From Nitrospinota bacterium (GTDB taxonomy: Bacteria; Nitrospinota; Nitrospinia; Nitrospinales; VA-1), in NCBI GenBank assembly GCA_014382285.1, contig JACNKA010000077.1, positions 13,208 through 77,207 of the forward strand: a stretch of DNA of 64,000 nt, written 5' to 3'. The translations under genes were made by a program, and so were the position numbers. Positions 50,301 to 58,506 of this stretch are shown piece after piece. Numbering within the stretch: position 1 is the stretch's first letter; each line of letters starts with the position of its first letter. The notes beneath the pieces are model-generated. The model did not search any database. It was not told the DNA's origin and saw only the letters and a program-made list of their open reading frames with translations.

Positions 50301-51002
50301 TGTATTGAAGATTTGCATCCTGGAAAACCCATCCACCGTCACCTGAGCAATAATGGGAAGGCGTTTGCCAGCTTCCTCAAAAGCTTTGTTGGCACCGATC
50401 AGCGATGCTTTCAACTCAAGAATGTCCTGCTGGGTTTCAAACAAAAGAACATCCGCCCCACCTTCGATCAGTCCTCGCACCTGCTTGAAATTGTTGTCAA
50501 CGATTTGATCCCAGGTCGCCTTATTGAGAGCCGCTTCGGTTTTGGACAAGACATAATTGGAGGGACCAATCGAACCGGCGATGAACAAAGGGCGGCCATC
50601 GTAGTCGGGCCCATTTTTATAGCTCTCGATGGCTTTTCTGGCAACCCGGCAACCCTCTACATTCAAGTGATGAGTGATGGCTGAGTAATCCGATTTTTTC
50701 AAGTCAAGTTCCTGCGGTATCGCCTTGATGTCTGCCAGATCGATTTGTGTAAAGTCGAATTCTTTCAACCGCAACGGTGAAGCACCAAAAGTATTGGTCT
50801 CAATCAGGTTGGCCCCTGCCTGCAAATATTTCAGGTGGATGCCTTCCAAATCATCGGGGCGGGAAAAAATCAACAGATCCGTCAGCATTTTAAAAGCAGC
50901 ACCCCCAAAGGCGGCATCATCGAGCTCCAGGTTCTGCACCATGGTTCCCATTGCTCCATCCAGCACAAGTACCTGATTTCCTAATGCATCTTCAAATTTC
51001 AA
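47385..51002 (-). CDS. metH: cobalamin-dependent methionine synthase
   Basis: 1205 aa. It has Hcy-binding, pterin-binding, B12-binding (DxHxxG = QDVHSIGKD) and AdoMet-activation domains. Confidence 0.95.
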   Translation of the reverse strand: MKFEDALGNQVLVLDGAMGTMVQNLELDDAAFGGAAFKMLTDLLIFSRPDDLEGIHLKYLQAGANLIETNTFGASPLRLKEFDFTQIDLADIKAIPQELDLKKSDYSAITHHLNVEGCRVARKAIESYKNGPDYDGRPLFIAGSIGPSNYVLSKTEAALNKATWDQIVDNNFKQVRGLIEGGADVLLFETQQDILELKASLIGANKAFEEAGKRLPIIAQVTVDGFSRMQIFNTDIHAALVAVEGMGISAFGINCNTGPELMEKTVEKLSKVCALPISIIPNAGQPVSEDGKTCYKLEPEEMADYVERFVKELGVSIVGGCCGTTPEHIRALSNRLKGVVPNRKKLEKQVFVSGPQEAVALGSSEALIRIGERLNVRGSKKVRDAVERDDGIQMAVLEEVVEEQVKDLGIEIIDVCMDSNIVETEKVLPQAIYELTSDFKGVMCIDSFSVEALQTAIESYPGRPIINSISLEEYQAGVSKLDAVLSQTKQHHPVYVALVNGPEGPGQTADEKYELAAEIVRQAKENHGVTPDQLLIDVNAYPIGSESVEGLNFCAETLKCLPRIKAIHPDLKTSIGVGNLTNGLASKPYMRKVLTSVFLDEARKAGLDCAILNPHHYVPLESLTESDVELARKVILDRDMTAFEELEVIAQTKKTGVQVKKIDYDDLSLEESICQRIKDGFKQKEEGVINKEGGEFPYKDKIVVDVAKAIDKHEPLNFISGHLMISMRELGDAFGRGEVSLPHLLKSADVMRHVMQFLESFMRFQSGVEPGAAIDYKGVVVIGTVYQDVHSIGKDLAKTLLENYGYRVIDLGVQVPLDRFIDTARQEKADAIGMSALLVQTSNHMITVSKMLLEQKFTIPLLLGGAPVNARHAGYVAMHGGDDTGAILDNIFYCGSGMDGVNTMGLLMDNKQRPGLLKENKEKLLREYQKAKGIQEEKDELLQTLPRRKISFRHHESPSDGYGIHKVEFKLHKLAGSMDRKSLYSLNWKFGKKSSWIHKGVTLQQLQALEKTWIEKAEDSGWIVPKARFGLFPAQSDGDEVIIYDPKDRDKELARLRFDVCIGKGRKDVFSVGQYFHSKASGQWDVIGLQISTAGDKVVTGVEEFKAQHDSESALYLQGLSDRVAEDLAEYIHQLLRQRIGAKKDNRGQRYSPGYPAITDLTYNRVIWELLGAEDIGVTLTSGNEFYPPSTTAAAICFHKDAGYS

Positions 51003-51145
51003 AGCTATTTCTCACCTCAATGTTCAGATTAGTTTTCCCTGACTAAACTAACGGGAAGTATTCAGCAGAATAATATTATATACCGGTTTCAATATTGTGT
51101 TAAAGCTCGTGACAATAACGCACTCATGTCATTGCAATCAAATTT

Positions 51146-52042
51146 TTATACTGCAGATTCTTTCGGTTCATCGTTTGACTTGACACCAAAAACCCTTTCC
51201 ATAAATGACGGGCGGTCTTTGGCGCAGCGAAAGCCCACATCCTTTTTCCGAGCCAATGGACTGAGATGCTCACGGTAAGAGGCTCGAGCTTTGAGCCCAA
51301 CGACTTTTAAAAAATCCTTTTGACTGAAATGCCCCACTCCCATATAGGACAAACCCCGCACCACGATCTGCTTCTTTGCATAGGCCGGGGTTTTAAACGT
51401 GCTGTCAGGGTAAGGCTGATAATATTCCCAAACCCATTCCCAGGCGTTACCGACCATATCCTCCACTCCATAAGGGCTGGCGGATTTGGGGAAACTGCCT
51501 ACCGCTTTCAATCCCTGGCCTGTTTTCGTTCTCGGAGAAAGACTGAGGTTGGCGATGCCTGGTATAAAATCATCGCCCCAGGGGTAGATGAACCCGGCCC
51601 GTCCCCTTGCGGCTTTTTCCCACTCCAACTCATTGGGCAATCGCTTGCCAGCCCATTTTGCGTAAGCGTTGGCATCAAAATAACTCACCTCCGTCACCGG
51701 CAGATGATCCATCCCTTCGGGAAACTTTTGGCCCTTCCAGTAACGTGGCGGTTTGTGGTCGGTGGCCTGACAAAAAATAAAATATTGCAGATTGGTCACC
51801 TCAAACCGGTCAATATAATAATCGGGGATGTCGGTTCGCCGCTCCGGCGACTCATCAGCAAACCAGGGTTTGTTGAGCCCTAAAGAAAGCGCGTGGTTTT
51901 CCTCATCAATCTGATTAGTTCCAATGGTAAACTCTCCCGAAGGAATTAAAACCATGCCGTGAGGAATTTTTTCCAGACAACCGGAAAGAATGAAAACTAA
52001 AAACAGGGTTGTATAACGTAATTTTGATTGGATCAATTGCAT
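51146..52042 (-). CDS. formylglycine-generating-enzyme (FGE-sulfatase/SUMF1) domain lipoprotein
   Basis: I chose the start at ATG 52042 (MQLIQSKLRYTTLFLVFILSGC, a signal peptide plus lipobox). FGE-domain blocks are RVVRGLSY... and GFRCAKD. The track ORF extends to 52180 and overlaps the ParB-like gene. Confidence 0.83.
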   Translation of the reverse strand: MQLIQSKLRYTTLFLVFILSGCLEKIPHGMVLIPSGEFTIGTNQIDEENHALSLGLNKPWFADESPERRTDIPDYYIDRFEVTNLQYFIFCQATDHKPPRYWKGQKFPEGMDHLPVTEVSYFDANAYAKWAGKRLPNELEWEKAARGRAGFIYPWGDDFIPGIANLSLSPRTKTGQGLKAVGSFPKSASPYGVEDMVGNAWEWVWEYYQPYPDSTFKTPAYAKKQIVVRGLSYMGVGHFSQKDFLKVVGLKARASYREHLSPLARKKDVGFRCAKDRPSFMERVFGVKSNDEPKESAV

Positions 52043-53009
52043 GAAATTTTCTAATGTTTCCGAAATCCCGTTAACAGACATTGACGAAGAAAACCGATTG
52101 ACCGATTTTTCAATGGACGGTTGCCCGGAAAAATTAACCGACTCGGTCAAAGTGATCGGCATCCGGAACCCTATTTCCATCTGCCCCTCCGAAAATGGTT
52201 ATGCCATAGTCAGTGGGCACAAACGTTTTCAGGCGACACCCCGAGCCGGATTAACCCAAATTCCCGCCTTCATTGTTGCCGAACTGGATGATGCCACCCG
52301 GCTGGTCATCAACCTGAATGAAAACTTCGGGCACCGGCAATACAGCGATATCGAGAAAGGCGGCATTCTCAACAAATTCATTCAAGCCGGAGTTTCTAAT
52401 GAAACCATTATCGCAGAGTATATGCCTTTACTGGAACTTGAGCGCAGTAAAAAAATGTTTCAGGACTTGTCTGACGTTAAATTATTAAGCCACAAGATGC
52501 AAATCTTGCTGCACCGTGCCGGGGTTCCGGTTAAAACCTTCAAGACATTTTACAAGTGGAACAGTCTGGCCGAGGCAGAGAACCTGTTTTCGATCTTGAA
52601 ACCGGGAGTCAACAAATGGCGCGACCTGCTGGAACTGGTCGATGAAGTTGCTGCAAGAGAAAACACCACACAAGGAGATATTTTATCCCGCGAGGAGTTT
52701 CAGAAAGTTTTGACCGCATCCGAATTGCCGGCTCCACAACGATATGACCAGATCCATAAAACGCTTCACAGCCTGCGCTACCCGGTTCTGTCAGACATGA
52801 GAAAACAGGTCGCCCGCACTCTCGATGAAATGGAACTGGACGACAAGACCAAACTCCGATACCAGGATACGTTCGAGAGCAACGAATTGAAACTGGAACT
52901 GAAATTCCAGAGCGAAAAAGAATTATCGCAACAAGTAGAAAAAATATTCAAAGCCCTGCAAAGTGGGTCTGTGGAAAAGTTGGTAAAGGTGTTTCGGGAT
53001 ATAGGCTAA
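52041..53009 (+). CDS. ParB/Srx N-terminal-domain protein (ParB-like nuclease domain), helical C-terminal region, function unknown
   Basis: 322 aa. It has IPLTDIDEENR...LTDSVKVIGIRNPISICPSENGYAIVSGHKRFQA...IPAFIV (the ParB N-domain pattern with GHKRF in place of GxRR). There is no ParA or other partition-gene context. Confidence 0.72.
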   Translation: MKFSNVSEIPLTDIDEENRLTDFSMDGCPEKLTDSVKVIGIRNPISICPSENGYAIVSGHKRFQATPRAGLTQIPAFIVAELDDATRLVINLNENFGHRQYSDIEKGGILNKFIQAGVSNETIIAEYMPLLELERSKKMFQDLSDVKLLSHKMQILLHRAGVPVKTFKTFYKWNSLAEAENLFSILKPGVNKWRDLLELVDEVAARENTTQGDILSREEFQKVLTASELPAPQRYDQIHKTLHSLRYPVLSDMRKQVARTLDEMELDDKTKLRYQDTFESNELKLELKFQSEKELSQQVEKIFKALQSGSVEKLVKVFRDIG

Positions 53010-53059
53010 GAAAACCTTTTTTAGCCACAGACACACACAGATGGACAGAGATAATGATC

Positions 53060-53091
53060 TTCCCCCTGACAAGGGGGACTGAGGGGGTTGC
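53060..53091 (+). repeat. P-type 32-mer, left inverted copy flanking the HEPN cassette
   Basis: Identical to 2247-2278 and inverted with respect to 53950-53981. Confidence 0.9.
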
Positions 53092-53135
53092 TGAATGGCA
53101 CCTTTTAAATAGATAATTGCTAAGGTATTTTCGAA

Positions 53136-53792
53136 ATGGAAAACCGGATTGGAAAATTGGCAGAATACGCAGGTTACTTACTTAACGATTTGGAGCTTTT
53201 TAAAGAAACGTCGCTAATTATTGATAAAAATACCCGTTTCAAGGAAATGGATTTAACTGCCCTTGATTGGATGCATGAATCTGCGAAAGGGCATTTGGTT
53301 ATCAGCTTCGGACGTTTTTGTGACACAAGCAAAGGGAATAATGGTCTGGTCAAATTTTTGGAGGAACTAAAGAAACCAAAACATAAAAGCTATAGATCAC
53401 AATCTGGATTCATAAACAGATGGAAAAAAAATAAAGCGTTTTTTGATGAATAGGAAGCAAAAGAATGTTTTTATAATTTAGCTGGTCAAGGGGTAGATTT
53501 TTTCCCTCTTAAAAAAATTGATAGCGATATTCGAAAATTGACGGTGGGTAATACATGCAAAAAAATTCTTCACTTAAGAAATAACTTTGTTGCCCATTTC
53601 GGGGGAAAGGAGGGTGACTCTCCTACTTATAAAGAATTATCAAAGGGTTTCCAAATTATCGAAAAAATAGTCCAAAGATATTATTTATTAATTACCTGCT
53701 GCGAGTTCAGGGAAATAAAACCACCTTTACAAGGATATTGGGAGGAAGTTTTCACCATCCCTTGGATTGAAAAAGAATTAGATGAGGAATAG
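53136..53792 (+). pseudogene. HEPN-motif (Abi-like, AbiU2-like guess) gene interrupted by a single in-frame TAG
   Basis: ORFs 53136-53453 and 53538-53792 are in the same frame. The 84 nt between them is open. The only interruption is the TAG at 53451-53453. The joined 218 codons contain HLRNNFVAH (Rx4-6H). Confidence 0.6.
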
Positions 53793-53907
53793 CAAAAAAG
53801 ACATGGTTCTAATCTCCTGAAGTCTCAAAAATTTAAACCTCATATTCCCTCCTTTGCAAGAATCTAGGTTGCTTCGCTACGCTCGTAATGACAAAACCCC
53901 TGAATGC

Positions 53908-53981
53908 AAATCACCCCAGCCCCTCTTTGTGAAAGAGGGGTTCATTAATCAACCCCCTCAATCCCCCTTGTCAGGGGGAAT
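53908..53981 (+). repeat. composite Q-type module + inverted P-type 32-mer (right flank of the HEPN cassette)
   Basis: AAATCACCCCAGCCCCTCTTTGTGAAAGAGGGGTTCATTAAT is followed by CAACCCCCTCAATCCCCCTTGTCAGGGGGAAT. The same Q+P arrangement occurs inverted at 30421-30484. Confidence 0.85.
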
Positions 53982-54044
53982 TATTAAAGTATTGCGCTAG
54001 AGCATTCAGTCTGCCTTGCGGGTAATGCAGTACTAGCCCCACGC

Positions 54045-55298
54045 CTAGTGGTAGTTTTTGCTGGGGGTGATGACTTTTTTGAAATCATCAGGAGACATTT
54101 TATATTTTTTGTAGAGGGCGTTGAGGGATTCGCGGGATCGGGCGGCTTCTTTCAGCATTTTATTATCCAATAAGAGTCTCTGCGCGATGATGGCATTGGT
54201 GATTGCTTTCCCGCCATTCAAGGTTTCGTCATAAGCTTTGCTGAGTTGTTCATAGCCTGCAATATGCACGGGGTTAAAATAAACCACTTCCCGCAACAGA
54301 TCGATTTTCTCTCCTGGTTTTTCTTCGCCGGTCAAAAAGGTACTGAGCTGATAAATGTTCTCGGCCAGAGTATCGTTGACCAATTCGTTATCCGGACTCA
54401 CTTCCACCGCTTTGCGTAACGGCTCTTCTGCCGGTTTGTAGCGTTTGAGTTTCATCAGGGACACGCCAAGCCTGAAATAACCTTCGGCGGCGTATTTGGG
54501 GCTCTGCTTGATCGACTTGCGTAGCGGTTCCACTGCATCTTTATACTTTTTTAATTTGAAATAGAGCATCCCCAACCTCAGGTTGGGCATGGCAGCAGAA
54601 GGATCTACCGCGATTGATTCTTTATAATGCTTGATGGCTTTTTTAATGTCTTTCAGCTTGGTGTACACTTCGCCAAACCGGTAATGCGCTTCTACAGTCA
54701 GGTTCTTGTCGAGCTTCAGGGCTTCTTTAATTTTCGCCAGGGCATCTTTATAACGTCCCCACTCTGTGTAGCAGATTCCCATCGAAAGATGGGCGGGACC
54801 AAAGTCGGGAATGATTTTTATTGCCGCCTGAAAATGGTGTTCGGCCTGCTTCTGGTTCTTGATCCTGCCAAATGCGGTGGACAGATTACTGTGCGCCTGA
54901 CAAAGAGCTTTTTTGACCAACTGGCTTTCCGGGTCAAGGCGGAGGGCCTCCTCAAGGTTTTCCAGTGCGGCCTCTTCGCGGCCCATTTCCATTTGTGACC
55001 GCCCCAACTGCAAACGTCCGCTTTTATGATCCGGAAAATGTTTGACCAGTTCACGCAAAGGGGGGATGGCATCGCCATAGCGATGCATTTCCATATACAC
55101 CTCTCCCAGATTGTAAAGGGCCTTAATATCCTTCGGGTTTTTCTGGATCGTTCCCTTGAGTATTTCTGCAAGTATCTTGAGTTCAGATGGAGAACGTACG
55201 GGCACCTCTTCGGCAGCAGGGCTTTTCTCACCTTTCCTCACGAGTTCGGCAACGAACTGGGAAAATAACTCTTTTAAACGGGAAAACAGTTTGTTCAT
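54045..55298 (-). CDS. tetratricopeptide (TPR) repeat protein
   Basis: 417 aa with many 34-aa TPR units (e.g. ALYNLGEVYMEMHRYGDAIPPLRELVKHFPD). The last codons CAC TAG lie in an R-type repeat. Confidence 0.85.
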   Translation of the reverse strand: MNKLFSRLKELFSQFVAELVRKGEKSPAAEEVPVRSPSELKILAEILKGTIQKNPKDIKALYNLGEVYMEMHRYGDAIPPLRELVKHFPDHKSGRLQLGRSQMEMGREEAALENLEEALRLDPESQLVKKALCQAHSNLSTAFGRIKNQKQAEHHFQAAIKIIPDFGPAHLSMGICYTEWGRYKDALAKIKEALKLDKNLTVEAHYRFGEVYTKLKDIKKAIKHYKESIAVDPSAAMPNLRLGMLYFKLKKYKDAVEPLRKSIKQSPKYAAEGYFRLGVSLMKLKRYKPAEEPLRKAVEVSPDNELVNDTLAENIYQLSTFLTGEEKPGEKIDLLREVVYFNPVHIAGYEQLSKAYDETLNGGKAITNAIIAQRLLLDNKMLKEAARSRESLNALYKKYKMSPDDFKKVITPSKNYH

Positions 55299-55340
55299 GG
55301 AAGGAAGAATAGCACGCTATTTGCCTCCCGCACCAGCGGG

Positions 55341-56498
55341 TTAACGGCGGAATTTTTTAACGAGATCTTTCACCGTTCCGATCACCCGCTCAACATCAGC
55401 GGATGACATTTTCGGATACAAGGGAAGACTGATGACGCGCTCAGAATAGTTCGACGCAATCGGAAAATCCTGAGGCTTGGTATTGAAGTTTTTCACATAA
55501 TAAGGTTGCAGGTGCAAGGCCACATAATGCACAGCCACGCCGATACCAGCAGACTGAATAGCCTCCAGAAACCCATCGCGGTCTGTGGTCAAACATTCCA
55601 GATGGAGAGCAATTATATATATGTGATGAGCGGGGGTGGCATAGTCTCTTACGGTCAGAGTTTCCAGTTCCGGCACATCGGCAAAAGCGTTGTCATACAT
55701 CGACACATATTTTTTGCGCAATGTCATGAACCGTTCAATCTTTTTAATCTGGTGCAGTCCGAGCGAAGCGTTGAGGTCGGTCATATTGCATTTATAGCCG
55801 GCCAGGGTTTGCTCCCAGTGGGCAAACCCGCTTTTGCCAAAACGTTTCCAGGCATCGTGGCTGATCCCCTGTAACCGCATGATGCGAAGGGTCTCGGCTA
55901 AGGCATCGTCATTGGTGACCAGCATACCGCCTTCGCCAGTGGTGATATTTTTATTGGCGTAAAAACTAAACGCCGTGGCATTTCCCATATTACCAATTTT
56001 CTGGCCTTTGTATTCAGACTCCAGCGCATGCGCCGCATCTTCGATAATAACCAGTTTGTGCTGGTCTGCCAGTTCCTGAATCGGGGTCATATCACAAGGA
56101 TGGCCGGCGAAATGAACAGGAATGATGGCGCGGGTGCGCGGAGTGATTTTGGCTGCTATTTTTTGAGGATCAATGGTGAGTGTGCCCGTTTCGATATCAG
56201 CAAAAACCGGCTTCAACCTCTGCAGAAGAATCGCATTAGCCGTGGCGGGAAACGTCATCGGGGTGGTGATCACCTCGTCCCCTTCGGCAAAGTTTTGCAG
56301 TGCAAGCGCCAGGTTCAACCCTGCCGTGCAGGAGTTCAAGGCCACGGCATGCTTGCAACCTATATAGTCTTTGAAAGCTTCTTCAAATCTTCGGGTTTTG
56401 GGGCCTGTGGTCAACCAGCCGGAGTTCAGGGTATCCTCCATTTCCCGGTGCTCTTCTTCCTCCAGCCAGGACTTATGAAACGGCAGATCAACACTCAT
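55341..56498 (-). CDS. DegT/DnrJ/EryC1/StrS-family PLP-dependent sugar aminotransferase
   Basis: 385 aa with the PLP-lysine context SFYANKNITTGEGG. Confidence 0.9.
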   Translation of the reverse strand: MSVDLPFHKSWLEEEEHREMEDTLNSGWLTTGPKTRRFEEAFKDYIGCKHAVALNSCTAGLNLALALQNFAEGDEVITTPMTFPATANAILLQRLKPVFADIETGTLTIDPQKIAAKITPRTRAIIPVHFAGHPCDMTPIQELADQHKLVIIEDAAHALESEYKGQKIGNMGNATAFSFYANKNITTGEGGMLVTNDDALAETLRIMRLQGISHDAWKRFGKSGFAHWEQTLAGYKCNMTDLNASLGLHQIKKIERFMTLRKKYVSMYDNAFADVPELETLTVRDYATPAHHIYIIALHLECLTTDRDGFLEAIQSAGIGVAVHYVALHLQPYYVKNFNTKPQDFPIASNYSERVISLPLYPKMSSADVERVIGTVKDLVKKFRR

Positions 56499-56504
56499 TG
56501 AGAA

Positions 56505-57248
56505 TTAATTTTTCCCATTCAGGGCATGACGTTCAGGATCAGGCTCTGCCAGCAAACTGGCCGAATCAATCTGGACATATTCCATCTTTTGCCATGCATC
56601 ATTATTATTAGGAATAAAATATAAGGTTTTCCTTGAACCACTTATCGAAGAGTTATCGACCAATACCGTTATCACCCATTTTCCATCTACCTTTTCCCAA
56701 TAATCAATATGAGGGCGGTTCATGTCGAACGAAATATTTCCCCTGACCAATACCGGGTTTAGCCGTTCGGTGCCTTCAAGCATGATTTCCGTCATCGCGT
56801 ATTTCCCATCCTCGCTGATAGATATCCGCTCAAGAGAATAACTTTTGACGGTAATAAAAGGATTCACGAACCATTTGTATCGACTGGGACGGGGGAAACC
56901 GAGGGCATCCCTTTTGCTCGGATTTTTTTTAATGTAGTCCATTGGCGGAAGCATGCCGCCCGAAATATGGGCCTGCCCTCCTTCTCTATATTCTGATATC
57001 AGTCGGCCTTCAAAATATAGAAACTCCTCCAACGAAATTTTTTCTTTATAAACAGGGTGCTGATATTGATATGTCCCCTTTAAATCATTATTCAGACGTT
57101 TTTTAAAATAATCGTCTTCCAGCTTTGCCAGCGTTTTAGCCTCTTTTAAAACATCGTCAGTTACCTGGCCCCAACTTTTTTCGGAGGCAACAACCAGCAA
57201 AAACACTGCGCTCAAAAGATAACTCGTTATTTTTGAAATACCACGCAT
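56505..57248 (-). CDS. secreted hypothetical protein
   Basis: 247 aa with a signal peptide (MRGISKITSYLLSAVFLLVVASEKSWG). It lies 6 nt upstream of the DegT gene. I recognise no motif. Confidence 0.7.
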   Translation of the reverse strand: MRGISKITSYLLSAVFLLVVASEKSWGQVTDDVLKEAKTLAKLEDDYFKKRLNNDLKGTYQYQHPVYKEKISLEEFLYFEGRLISEYREGGQAHISGGMLPPMDYIKKNPSKRDALGFPRPSRYKWFVNPFITVKSYSLERISISEDGKYAMTEIMLEGTERLNPVLVRGNISFDMNRPHIDYWEKVDGKWVITVLVDNSSISGSRKTLYFIPNNNDAWQKMEYVQIDSASLLAEPDPERHALNGKN

Positions 57249-57350
57249 TCTTTCAATCCTCCTGAGTTATGCCGGTTTTCTGAAACCGCATCTTTAATAG
57301 AACATTATACAGACGTCTTATCGGCAAAACCTGAAATTTAGTTTAGCTGC

Positions 57351-57481
57351 CCACTCGGCGTACCTTCGGGGCATGAAACAAGCGAAGGGGATATCACATA
57401 CACCTTCGGGGCATGCGTGATGCCCTCTTCATTAAATTTTGTGCCCTGCAAGGGTAAAACAAGCGAAGGGAATATCACATG
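57351..57481 (-). repeat. family A structured intergenic repeat, copy 3 (long form)
   Basis: The reverse complement matches 3007-3140 almost base for base. Related sequence continues to about 57590 and includes a perfect 11-bp hairpin at 57506-57530. Confidence 0.9.
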
Positions 57482-57621
57482 CCGCCAATGAGCCATGATT
57501 TTATTAGCCGAGAAAAGGTTTTTCTCGGCTAAACAGAGGTCTTGCTGCTTTGTATTCCTGCTGTCCCGCAGGAGTATAGCAGTGAATAATTCCAAATAAC
57601 TTTTTTTTAGATTTTGCCAAC

Positions 57622-58206
57622 ATGATTCCTGAACTCAACGATCTTTTTGCGCTGTTTCCAGATTTGCGATTAACCGTAGCCGATAAAGCGCTGTGTAAAA
57701 AATTTCATTACGGCGAGCCTCAACTTGTCAGTTGCTCCGATAATTTCGAGGGGGAGCAGGAAGAGGAAATTTTAGTCCTTTATGAAAAAGACCGGCCCTT
57801 GGGTATGGTGACAACGGTGATTCGCGAGAACATCAACAAACCTGCGTATCCTAAAAACTATGCCCGGCTAGACTTGGTCATCGTAGATAAAAAATACCGC
57901 AATATTGGAGTTGCCCGTCTGCTCATCGTCTGCTCTCTGCTCAAGATTATGAAAAACCAGGGGCATCAGATCTATTCGATCAGTTGCCTTGCTGGTCATA
58001 AGACGGTCGCAAAATTTATGAAGGAATTACACTTTCAGGAGCATCACCAAAAAGAAAAAAATTTCTGGCAAGGGATATTGAACTTGGAAGAAAATAGCCT
58101 GGAATCTTTAATAGGTCTATATCGAGAAAAAGCGGAAAAATGCCTACACTGGACGGGGTACCAGATGGAGAGAAAAAATAAGATCGCTCAGCATGATTCA
58201 ATGTAA
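57622..58206 (+). CDS. GNAT-like N-acetyltransferase (tentative)
   Basis: 194 aa. LVIVDKKYRNIGVARLLI resembles GNAT motif A (R/QxxGxG/A). The assignment is weak otherwise. Confidence 0.55.
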   Translation: MIPELNDLFALFPDLRLTVADKALCKKFHYGEPQLVSCSDNFEGEQEEEILVLYEKDRPLGMVTTVIRENINKPAYPKNYARLDLVIVDKKYRNIGVARLLIVCSLLKIMKNQGHQIYSISCLAGHKTVAKFMKELHFQEHHQKEKNFWQGILNLEENSLESLIGLYREKAEKCLHWTGYQMERKNKIAQHDSM

Positions 58207-58218
58207 TTAATGCCCTCT

Positions 58219-58242
58219 GCCTTTCCCGGTTCTCGGGAAGGT
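58219..58242 (+). terminator. candidate terminator after the GNAT-like gene
   Basis: The CCTTTCCCG-gttct-CGGGAAGG hairpin is followed by TTATT. Confidence 0.4.
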
Positions 58243-58506
58243 TATTCCTAAAAAACTTTTCCAAGAGAACCTACTTTTCTCAACCATGCAGATAAAATGT
58301 TAATAAGTTGCTATTTTTGTTACTTTTTTGATACACAGTGTGTTAAGATTAATTATCCTTGTAAATATTAGTGGGGGTTCTAACGGATTAAAAGATTGAT
58401 CCTTACGGGCCAAATCAGTGGGGCTCTATATTTTGGCATAGAGTATGCAAAAACTGAGTCTATCAAATGGAAAATAAATTTCATTTCAGTGGAGGGAGAT
58501 GAAGCA

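Noticed and set aside
51003-51145. Possible cobalamin or SAM riboswitch upstream of metH, and a B12 or NiCo riboswitch upstream of hupE (61675-61885).
   Set aside because: The metH leader is only about 140 nt. Neither region contains a recognisable B12 box (AGYCMGGAGACCKGCC-like) or other conserved riboswitch core that I can identify by eye. A covariance-model search would be needed for certainty.
51146-52180. The track ORF for the FGE-domain protein extends to 52180 and would overlap the ParB-like gene by 140 nt.
   Set aside because: The extra 46 residues precede a perfect signal peptide and lipobox that begins at the internal Met (52042), so I prefer the shorter gene.
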